Of a DNA stretch of 64,000 bases, positions 49,965 to 60,369 are shown one piece after another. Within the stretch, counting starts at the first letter, position 1; the number at the start of each line of letters is the position of its first letter. Position numbers and translations under genes: made by a program. The notes beneath the pieces were generated by a model that was not told the DNA's origin, did no database searches, and saw only the letters and a program-made list of their open reading frames with translations. Source of the stretch: Callorhinchus milii (lineage: Eukaryota); NCBI RefSeq assembly GCF_018977255.1, contig NW_024704743.1, positions 23,438,001 through 23,502,000 of the forward strand, given 5' to 3'.

Positions 49965-50858
49965 TCCTGCTTATTTGACAGATTTCAAGACCTGGATGAG
50001 CGCAAATTTCCTGCAGCTGAATGTCGGCAAGACGGAAGCCATACTCCTTGGCTCACGTCAATGTCTTCTCTCCTGCGGGTCTGAACTCCTCAACCTCCCC
50101 GGGCTCTCCCTCAGACTCTCCAAACCCATGCGCAACTTAAGCATCAGGTTCAAACTCCAGCTTTCCTTTGTATCACACATCGTTCCCTGACCAGGACCGC
50201 TTTTTTCCATCTCCGCCACATTGCCCACTTCCGTCCGTACCTCACAACCGACGAAGCAGAAAACCTCGTCCGCGCCTTCCACACTTCCCGGGTGGACTAT
50301 TCCAATGCCCTCCTCGCTGGTCTTCCCAGCCCCACCATATACAAAATCCAATTCATTCGAAACTCCACCGCCCAAATACTCACCCACACAAAACTCCGTA
50401 CCCCTATCACACCAGTCTTTGCCAGGCTCCACTGGCTCCCAATTACCGAATGGACCGATTTCAAGATCCTCTCACTCATTTTGAAATCCCTTCATGTCCT
50501 CGCACCTCCCTACCTATCCGATCTGCTTAACCTCATTCCACCACCCACTGCCTCCACACAGCTGGCTCTGGCATCCTGTTTGTCCCTCATCCCTTCCGCT
50601 CCACCATCAGTGGTCGTGCCATCAGTCACTACACATGAAACTCTGGAACTCTCTCCCTCAATCCCTCCACCTTGCCCCCTCCCTCCCCACTTTCAAATCC
50701 AACCTAAAGACTGTCCTTTTTGATCATGCTTATGGTCACTTCCCACCTCCCACTACCTCTGGCTCGGTGTCATGGGTCACTTTGCCACTATCAGGGCTCC
50801 GGGACCCTACTCCGCGTGAATGGCACTATGTAAATGCAAGTTGTTGTTGCTGTTATTG
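49965..50858 (+). mobile_element. L2b LINE, 5'-truncated
   Basis: ORFs DFKTWMSANFLQLNVGKTEAILLG, DYSNALLAGLP, ITPVFARLHWLPI; tail gggaccctactccgcgtgaatggcactatgtaaatgcaagttgttg. Confidence 0.95.
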
Positions 50859-50859
50859 T

Positions 50860-51117
50860 AACCTGCCCTCCCTCTTCAGGGTGCTGGAACATGTCATTGC
50901 TTCCCAGGTTTGCTCTGTCCTCTCCCAACACAAGCCCCGCCAATGTAGTTTCTGCCCTACCCACAGCACCGAGACTGCACAGCACCTGGTCAAGGTCACA
51001 AACAACATTCTCTCCAACTATGACCAGGGTATCTCTCTGCCTCTATGTTCTCCTCTGTGAAAGGCACTATATCAATTTATTGTATATCAAATGCAAGGAA
51101 TATTAGATTATTATTAA
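50860..51117 (+). mobile_element. L2 RT N-terminal piece fused directly to a 3' tail
   Basis: NLPSLFRVLEHVIASQ...THSTETA...VKVTNNIL, then gtgaaaggcactatatc...aaatgcaaggaatatt. Confidence 0.8.
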
Positions 51118-51471
51118 TTTCAAATCATCAGGATTACTCAGCTCTAACCACTCATCACTTGCACTTTTTTAATTATGAAGCACATTGTTAAAATGAAACC
51201 CTATCGGCCATTACTTTCCCTTTTATATTTTATTCTATTCTTCATCCAGTTTGCTGCCTTTAGAACTCTCGAGTCCAATGCAAGTCTCTCTGGTAATTTA
51301 AGAAATAGTTGTTCTCTGTATGTCAAACTATCCTTTCATCTTCACATTTCTGGACAGCAATTGAGCACTAGTTTTGTGACTGCTGTAAAGAATGCTTTTT
51401 CACAGCAAATACTGAACTGTCGTTGACAGATTGAAGACTTATGACAGTATTGCTGCTTATTGGAGTCCTGT

Positions 51472-51775
51472 GGAGTCCTGTAGCTCAGTGGTTAGAGCAC
51501 TTGCTTTGCAAGCGAGAGACCTGGGTTCAATTCCCGGCAGGGCGAAACCTGTTTCCTTACTCCACATGCCTAATAATATTCCCTCAAAAAAAATAATAAA
51601 TTGGTCATTTCAATCCACGACTGTTTGTGGGACATTGCTGTGTGCAATTGGCTGCCGTATTTCTCCCACAAATATACAGTCAATTCACTTTACAGTCTTT
51701 TCTGTGAAGCGCTTTGAGACGTCGAGAAGATGTGCAAAGCACTATATCAAATGCAAGGATTATTATTATTATTAT
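51472..51775 (+). mobile_element. SINE-A short form with duplicated 5' end
   Basis: tggagtcctg tggagtcctg tagctcag...; full body and tail. Confidence 0.95.
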
Positions 51776-51934
51776 TTGAAGCTCAGTCTTCTCTTTTACG
51801 CTGGGCTCCAGCCTTGTTTTCATTCTGATTTGGTTTGGGCAATGCAGTTGAAAACTCACTGTTGCCCAACTTGCCCAGAACTGCTGGAGTGAGCAAGAGG
51901 AAATATGATTATTTGTTTACTGTATAGCATTGAA

Positions 51935-52050
51935 TTTCACCCACAAAATATACAGTCAATTCACTTTACAGTGTATTCTGTGAAAGGCTTTGAGACGTCT
52001 TGAAGACGTGATAAAGCACTATATCAAATACAAGAATTATTATTAATATT
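51935..52050 (+). mobile_element. SINE-A 3' fragment
   Basis: tttcacccacaaaatatacagtc...gacgtcttgaagacgtgataaagc. Confidence 0.9.
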
Positions 52051-52114
52051 AACTTGGGTTAGAAAGAGTTATGTCCTCAATGCCATTTGCTGTGAAACCT
52101 ACGCTATATGTTGT

Positions 52115-52445
52115 GGAGTCCTGTAGCTCAGTGGTTAGAGCACTCGCTTTGCAAGCGAGAGACCTGAGTTCAATTCCAGGCAGGTCAGGGCGAAACCTTG
52201 GGCAAGTTTCCTTACTCCACACGCCTAATAATAATCCCTCCAAAAAACAAAAACAATAATTAAATTGGTCATTTTCAATCTACGACTGTTTGTGGGACAT
52301 TGCTGTGCGCAATTGGCTGCCGCGTTCGCCCACAAATATACAGTCAATTCACTTTACAGTGTGTTCTGTGAAGCGCTTTGGGACGTCCTCCCGACGTGAA
52401 AATCGCTATATCAAATGCAAGGATTATTATTATTATTATTATTAT
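52115..52445 (+). mobile_element. SINE-A short form, youngest subfamily, full length
   Basis: CpG-rich; intact A/B boxes; anticodon arm ctcgc-tttgcaa-gcgag; possible TSD tatgttgt/tatgttat. Confidence 0.97.
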
Positions 52446-52604
52446 GTTATTTTCACAAGATGCACCTTTATCTCATGAAATTTTTAGCTTTTTTTCGTAT
52501 TAACTGAAACTCAAATAAACTCATCACAGCATTCACACTTTCTTTCTGCAGAAGAGTGAGAAGCTGCCAAGCACACACCATGGATGATGCTTCTCTATTA
52601 ACTT

Positions 52605-52890
52605 GTCAGTCTGGCTCAGTTGGTAACACTCTTGCCCCTGAGTCGGAAGGTTGTGGGTCCAAGCCCAAAGTTAGGACATTGAACTCATGAGGCAGTGTGG
52701 GACATCACTGTGTGCAAATTTGCTGCTGTGTTCGCATGCAAAATACAGTCACTACACTTTACAGTAAATTCTGTGAAGTGTTTCATGATATCCTCATGAT
52801 CCATATCCAAATGCAAAGATCATTTATTCATCCATTTATCTCTACACGTCCTACTGACTTGAAAGGCGCTATACAAATGTAACTTTGTAT
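52605..52890 (+). mobile_element. Internally deleted SINE-B followed by an L2 tail
   Basis: gtcagtctggctcagttggtaacactcttgcccctgagtcggaagg joined to tgtgggacatcactgtgtgcaaatt; tail gaaaggcgctatacaaatgtaac. Confidence 0.8.
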
Positions 52891-53582
52891 TCTACACCAA
52901 AAGGTACATCATTATTTTGGAGAAGAATTAGGGAGGAGGGATGGGTGGAACCTAAGTTTAACCTGCAAATTGTGATGGGTAATATTGGGGCTCAAAATGC
53001 AATGTGATAATTACCATTAGTTGTAAAACCACTTCAGGCTAACACTGTTTATTTTAAGGAGCTATCTCATGAAGCAGCACCAATATGTAGGACAATGGAA
53101 CTGGCCAAAGACATTTACTGTCTAGGGCTAAACCATTATGCTAAATATGAGAAGTATGTGAATAATAACCTTTGCATTTGATATATTCATACCTAAAGGC
53201 AGTCCACAGTTACTGACTGATTTGGACTGGAATTTTGTGATTCAATGGTCATAATTATTACATCACTTGCTGCATTATTCCTTAGTGAAACTCCTAAAAT
53301 AAAGATTCTGAGTCACATAAATTGGGATTCCTTCTGATAACTAGAAGTATGTCATGCCATTCCATAAGAGCTCTGCTCTGACCCCATTAGTTTTCGGAGC
53401 TGGATGATGGAAATCATTAAGGAATCCCATTAAGAAACACCACAGATTCAGACGCAGACAATAGACGTGTCTATTTGTTATGATTTTCTACATGACAATC
53501 TTGCTGGGGTGCACACCCGTTTATAACCTGCGTCTCCTGTGGATTCATAGTTAGTGAAAGTGCAGTACATTAGCCAGTTTCT

Positions 53583-53602
53583 TGTGTGTGTGTGTGTGTG
53601 TG
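53583..53602. repeat. (TG)n microsatellite
   Basis: About 10 TG units. Confidence 0.9.
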
Positions 53603-54741
53603 TACAGTGCACAGGAAGTAGAAGAGTTTCTGAGTTTAGGAACACTCACGACACTAATTATGGCCGACTTACTGCACACATGCACGAGAAAGTCTGCCAT
53701 TTCATACCAGAAGTAATATATTACTGACAAGCAGTGACCTGGTGACCTGGATGCAGAACCAACATCCATTGTTTCACACAGATGTTATTTCTAATTTATG
53801 AACTGAAAACACAGAGTTTCCTCTACCGTAATGCCTTTGATCATGTAAAAATAGCACAGAGGTATTAGAATGCTATGTATTTTCATAACTACTAAATAGC
53901 TTGATTGCCTAAGAAAGTACAAATCCTAATATAATTTATTCAAAGATGGAAACGGTGATATTTGTGTTTACAATATTCATGTGTGGTAAAATTGTATTAT
54001 TCAATGCATCCTATTTGCATAATTTATTCAATTGAGTGAACAGGGACTAGTTTCTTGCTCTACTTATTCTCCAGAACAGCCTGTTAGAATTCTAAAAATA
54101 GAAACTAATAATTTCTCCAAATGCTAATCTAATTTTTTTATCGCCGTGACTGACTGACACTGTAAATATAAAGGAGGTTTCACATTGGCAGCACAGGACA
54201 GAACTGAAGTGGAGATATGTCTCTCTTCTTATTGATCATATTTATTCATATGCACAGAGTGGGGGCAAAAGTCAGTGAGCTAAAAATTAAATTGAAAATT
54301 AGCCCATAATGGTATCCCAAGAGTCGGTTCTGTGCACAGTATCAGCCCATAATTTCTTATTTTAATCCCTGTTAACAAGAATTTCAGTGTTATACAGCAT
54401 ATGTAAAAATATAGGAGTGATTAAAGCAATTGCCGGTGGATTTATAATAGTCCAGAATAAAATGGTTGTCATGGAAATAAAATAACATCAAAACATTATG
54501 CTACTGTGTAATTATGTACTCCATTTATGCTACAAACTGAATGCTCGATGCTAGAAGGTTGAATGCAGAGCTTGTTGTGATTGGAGGTATTAGAAAGCCG
54601 ATTGTCACAGTAAGAATGAGGCTGTGTTAGTAGTGCATTGACATGTGGTAATATTAGGAGGAACTCTGTTTATGTAGAGTCTCGAACTTTGAATATGAAT
54701 CACTGAAGTAGCAACAGTATTGGATAAGCCAGCGAGTGTTT

Positions 54742-55430
54742 GCATACAGTCAAATATAATACTGACATTTATTGTCGAGCCCCATATGGAAATGATGTAC
54801 TCCTGCACAAGGTACTGGAAATGCTGAATTCTGTTAGATGATTCTCCTCTTTGGGTGGGAGGGAGCTGAAGGTAAGTGCTGTTGTCTCCTCAGAGCTGAA
54901 CTGGTTCCAAGGTGACATGCTTGACAGTGGAATGTCAGAATCAAGCCAGCCCTCTGTGGCGGTCTCAGGGGTCCAGTTCCTTAGCCAGGCGGGATCACAG
55001 GATCCCAGGGCATTGCTGATGACAGCACAGCCAGTCTGGCTCATCGGCAGGACTTGGAAGGGCAAACCAGTCACTGGGTGCAGGGATTCATCCCACTCAG
55101 CTCTTGTTAACCCTGCAAGCCAAACCCCTAATGGGTAGGATGGTCCTAGCTGGAACAAACAGTGGGAAAACAATATCAATAGCAACTATACGGTATTAGC
55201 TGTAACCCCAGCTCTCACTCTGGGGTCCCTAAGCCTTGGATCCTGGCAACCTGCGCTTAATACTTTCTGGAATTAGGTAAGAAGGATGCGTATCTCCAGG
55301 GAGAGAGTGCACTTTCCATTCCAACAATCTATCTCTGGGATTTCCATGTGTAGGTGGGATACATGGAAATCTCAGTTTGATTTGGTTCCTCTTAAGCATG
55401 GTGATGGGTTTCCAAATGTGTCAGACACCC
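54742..55430. repeat. Unclassified interspersed repeat, copy 2 (longer)
   Basis: Colinear with 46238-46720; its 3' part is also seen at ~27530-27610. Confidence 0.8.
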
Positions 55431-55574
55431 GGCTGACAAAAAAAAATTGATAATTTGGCAAACTCGCGCCTCCCCAATGTAAGTTTTAGACTAGCCAAGT
55501 GAGCATTCTGTCTGTGCAATTCGGCTTAGAATAAGAGTTCAGATCTTTTCATTGATGGATTGAGACTTTTTCAC

Positions 55575-55708
55575 CTCAGCCTCGCTTACAAACTCCGTGG
55601 GGGAGGGGAGAGCGGTCAGGTTTGAGATTGCTAAGATGTATTGATATAAGCATTCTGAGATGCTATGCTGCATGGAGGGCGCTATATAAGTGCAAGTTGT
55701 TGTTGTTG
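55575..55708 (-). mobile_element. L2 tail remnant
   Basis: atggagggcgctatataagtgcaagttgttgttg tail motif at 55672-55708 (reads on the + strand); orientation of the upstream part is uncertain. Confidence 0.45.
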
Positions 55709-56514
55709 GTATAAGAGCGGGCAAGAAATCTTTGGCATAGACAGAAAAGCTGAATCATAGTTTTAAAGTGACAAATACGATTTATTACGTTAATTCTGAA
55801 TATTCAAAAGAATAATCACATTTAGTCAATAAAGCAACTTTTGGTTTGGTTGAAGACTTGTGATCAGATAACAGATGGGAGGTGGATTCTTACTGGCTAA
55901 GTCTTACAGCCTTATTGTAGATGAACGCAACTTTAAAAGCTTGGATTCCAACTGATACACAGCTTGGTTTGTTGCCAACATGAGGTCTTTGTGCTCAAGT
56001 AAAACTGAAGTGTCCTATTGCTCGGAAACATGTGCACATCCTTAATCACATTGAAACGATTAGATTTGTCAGCCACTAGAGTATCATAGTAATATGCACT
56101 GCATTTTGTATTGTAAAGGAAATACATTTATCCTCCGCTTGAAAATAAGGAAATGACTCCCAACCTGCATTGGAACGATAATTGTCTTTTTTGTATTGAG
56201 AAACGACACCTAAACCAAACAAATAAAAATGGCTGGAGGTCCACATCTGGGTTTCTGGTCGCATCACCCTCTGGGGTTGCTGCATTTAATAATGAGTCTT
56301 CACATTTGATTAGTACTGTTTTGTTTGCTATTAGTTGCCGTGGATACAGCTCGATTAAATATATGCTCTAGAGATTCATACTCATTCCCTGTTCTGTACC
56401 CTTCTTTAATCAAGATCTATAAGCTGCTATAAAGCTTATCACTGGCTGTTCAAGGTAAATGTGTGTGGTTTTTAATCATTAGACAAGAAAACAGTTCTGT
56501 TCAAGATTTCATTC

Positions 56515-57890
56515 TGTGTTAGATGAGCTCAGTTGGTAGCACTGCCTCTAAATCGGACGGTGCTGGGATTAAACACATCTGGATGTGGAACTCATATTGT
56601 CTAGTTTGACATTCCATTGCAGGGCGGGGGATGTGCTGCATCGTTCGAGGTACTGTCCTGTGGATGAAATTTCAAACTGAGATCCTGTCTACCTGTCCAA
56701 GTTGACTTTAAAGATCTTTAAAGCACGATTCGAAAGAGAAGGGAATTTCTCATGGGGTCTTGACTAACAATTCTCCAAATAAAATTAGTCACTCACTTCA
56801 CGGCTGTTTGTGGGACTGCGCTGCGTGCAACAACAACAACAAAATTACATTTGTATAGCGCCTTTCACGTCGGGAGGACGTCCCAAGGTGCTGGACAGAC
56901 AGAGTTTCGGACCCGAGCTGGGGATCGGTGTTGGAGAGGGTGGAGGGCAGGGGAGGAAGCAGGGAGATCGAAAGCACGGTCAAAGAGGAGGGTCTTGAGA
57001 TGGAAATTGAAAGTGGCAAGCGAGGGGGTGAGGCAGAGGGACTGAGGGATGGAGTTCCAGAGGGTGGGGGCAGAGTGGCAGAAGGTCCGCCCGCCAATCT
57101 TGGGGCGAGCGAGGCGGGGGATGTGAAACAGGCTGGAGCCTGCTGATTGGAAGGAACGAGCAGGATGGTAGGGGTTTAGGAGGTCGCAGAGGTAGGCGGG
57201 AGCAAGACCAGGGAGGGCTTCGAAGGTGAGGACCAGGATCTTGAACAGTATCCTCTGTGCGATAGGAAGTCAGTGGAGTTGGGCAAGGATGGGGGTGATA
57301 GGGTCACGGAGCCTAGTGCGGAAGAGGATGCACTCTGCAGAGTTTTGCATGATCTGCAGCCTATGGAGGGAGGAGTTGGGGAGGCCGACAAGCAATGAGT
57401 TTGCATAGTCAAGCCTCGATGTAATGAAAACATGTATGAGGATTTTGGTGGCCTGCGGTGTGAGACAGTGTCGGAGCCGGGCGATTTTGCGGAGGTGGAG
57501 GAAGGCAGAGCGGGTCATGGTGCAGATGTGGGGTAGAAAGGATAGTTGAGGGTCAAACAACATGCCAAGGTTCTGGACTGGCTCAGTGAGGTGGAGTGTA
57601 CAACCAGGGATGGTGATGCTGTCAGTGCCTGAGGTGTGGAGGTGCTGACGGGAGCCAATCGGGAGAGCCTCAGTCTTATTGACCTTAAACTGAAGAAAAT
57701 TAGCCCTCATCCAGGACTTGATGTCTGGCAGACATTATGTCAGCACAGAAGTGGAAATTGGCTGCTGCAATTACCCATAAAATACACACAGTCACTACAC
57801 TTTACAATATATCCTATGAAGTGCTTTGAGATGCCTTGACAACGTGATAAGGTGCTATACCGAATACAATTTATTAATATTATCATTATC
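56515..57890 (+). mobile_element. SINE-B split in two by an L2a insertion
   Basis: The 5' part ends ctgtttgtgggactgcgctgcgtgc (56828); the 3' part resumes aaattggctgctgc (57755) through to the tail. Confidence 0.85.
56829..57754 (-). mobile_element. L2a LINE, 5'-truncated, relatively young
   Basis: 146-aa ORF MRANFLQFKVNKTEA...[16 protein letters not shown]...ITPILAQLH; intact tail cttgggacgtcctcccgacgtgaaaggcgc. Confidence 0.97.
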
Positions 57891-58545
57891 ATTTAGTTCC
57901 AGATCAAAGTCCTACCTTCTGCTGAGAGTTAACAATTTGTGGTTGCCTGATACCCATTGGAGAATACTACATAGTGCACACACACACCTGCGCAGACACA
58001 CACACTAATCGAGTTTTATAGCATTTCAGTTGAAGTACTTAGATACCATAAGCCTGAAACCCACCTCGTCTTATCCTGTAAGACCTCGGCTTCAATCTTA
58101 AGATCATGCAGAACTGTGGACAATTCTTAAATTCAGCTCTAAATTGGAAGACGGTTTTCTGCAGTTCTTAGAAAAAGAACTGGATTCCACATTTGGAGTG
58201 AATATAAGAATTGGACCGAAAACTTTCCAGGTTAGGAAAGGAAGAAAAGTTAGCCAGCGCTCTCCAATTTCTGTTTGTTACCCAGAGACCTGTGCTGGAA
58301 AGTGAATGTGTGGATAGCAAGGAGGACAGCCATGATACCCCCTGGTGGTTAAAAAGCCAGCAGCTATTTACATTTGACAATGATTGTTTGGGCTAGATAC
58401 TGGAGGGCCTGTGAAGCCATAACTCAGTAGCAGGAAAAAGGAATAAACTCAAGGAAAAAATTGGTGAAAAGAAGGGAAGAGATGGAAGGCAGAAACTTGG
58501 TAATAAAAAAAATCTGATGTGATGTAATTGAAATGGATAATTGCA

Positions 58546-58693
58546 GGAATTCCCCAATGCACAAGTGGTTAGAGCACTCACCTCGCAAGCAAAAGGACCG
58601 TGTTTGATTCCCTGGCAAGGCGAAACCTTGCAGATTTCCTTAATCCACACACCTTTATTTATTATTTATTATTAGTCGATCGGTGGATCACTT
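58546..58693 (+). mobile_element. SINE-A 5' half (3'-truncated)
   Basis: agtggttagagcactcacctcgcaagc...ggcgaaaccttg...ttagtcgatcggtggatcactt. Confidence 0.85.
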
Positions 58694-59038
58694 GGAGTTC
58701 TGTAGCTCAGTGGTTAGAAGCGAGGGCATTGGCTTCGTAAGTGAGCAACCTGGGTTCTATTCCCGGCAGGGCGAAATGTTGGGCAAGTTTCCTTATTCCA
58801 GTTGTTAGTAGATTGGCGGATCGCTTTTCCGGGCGTAATAATTCCTTCAAATAAATAGTAATAATTAATTGGTCTCTTCAATCCACGACTTTTTGTGAGA
58901 CGCTGCTGTGCGCAATTAGCTGCTGTGTTTCACCCACAAAATCTACAGTCAATTCATGTTATAGTATATGTGAAGCGCTTTGACGTGTCTCGAAGATGTG
59001 ATAAGGCACCATATCAAATACAAGGATTATTATTATTA
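58694..59038 (+). mobile_element. SINE-A long form
   Basis: Full head to tail, with gttagtagattggcggatcgcttttcc. Confidence 0.95.
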
Positions 59039-59629
59039 TAAATGTACATAGCTGTATACTCCTGTACTTTATTTTAAAGAATTGTAGTTTATTTGGTTTC
59101 TATGGTTTCCGTAGTCTGGGAGAGGATCGTGTAGCTTTAAGGGAAATAATCAGATAGACTTGTTTTCAGTCCTGATTTTAATGCCAACCAGCAGATTCTA
59201 ATCAAACATGTGATTTTCTCGTGAGCTTTACTGTTGGTGAGAGACTGCTTAGAATAAAGACCTGCTTTCTGCTCTGAGTGGCCATAAGTCTTGTGATTAC
59301 TTTGCACTCCATTGCCCCCCAAACATCCGAACTGTTTTATCAATGTTCAAGTGGCGTCAAGCCCACATCATTCCTTCCTTCGTGGATCAATGCATCCCAA
59401 CTGCAAAGGACAAGAAATTCCTCTAATGACAGATGAGGGATTTGAACATGAATGGTCTCAGCTCGTGACTATGAGAAGCTCAATGGTAAAGAAATGTCTT
59501 CTTTGGAGTGTGTGCTGCTTCAGTGTTAGAGTCCTCCTAGCCGTAATGTTTAAATACAAATGTTAAAAGTTTAGTCTAAACAAGCGACCACAATTTTTTA
59601 AAAAAATGCAAATTGTCAGGGATAATATT

Positions 59630-59940
59630 AAGAATAATCTTTGCATTTCATATAGCGCTTTTCATGTCTTCTAGCCATCTCAAAGCGCTTCACAGAATAG
59701 ACTTTAAAGTGAATTGACTGTATATTTGTAGGTGAAACGCGGCAGCCAATTGCACACATCAGTGTCTCAAAAACAGTCGTGGATTAAAGTGACCAATTTA
59801 TAATTGGGATTTTTTTCTGGAGGAATTATTATCAGGCGTGTGGAGTAAGGAAACTTGCCCAAGGTTTCACCCTACTGGGAATCGAACCCAGGTCTCTCGC
59901 TTGCGAGGCGAGTGCTCTAACCACTGAACTATAGGACTCC
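59630..59940 (-). mobile_element. SINE-A short form
   Basis: Complete reverse copy ending ccactgaactataggactcc. Confidence 0.95.
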
Positions 59941-60369
59941 ACATTAATAAATGTGATTAATAAACACATTGCAAAAGGATGTGATTGAACTCTTCTGTAT
60001 ATCGGAGAATTTTGCCATGTGTAGCTATGGTCCAAATAAACTGTCTTCCTACAGAGTGGCATTCAGCTTCATCATTGAATCACATCAATCCACAGGCAGC
60101 CTATAAACGATGCATATTGGCTGCTGTGCTAAACAATAAAAATCTTCACTACCTTTGCCATCAGTTTATTAATCCCTCGTAATTTGTAGGAAAATGCCAC
60201 ATTAAAATGTTCAGGCTGCATTTAACATTAACAACAACAAATTACATTTATATTGCGCCTTTCATCTCGGGAGGACAAACATTACTTTATTGTGTCTTTA
60301 TTTTAGTCTGCGTGCTAGCACAATTTGACTGCAACAAATCGGTTTCGAAATACCAGAGATAATATGTTT

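Noticed and set aside
52115..52190. tRNA-Ala(TGC/CGC)-like cloverleaf, and similar heads at all SINE-A copies
   Set aside because: Always followed by the SINE body and L2 tail, with variable anticodon loops and degraded stems; these are SINE heads, not tRNA genes
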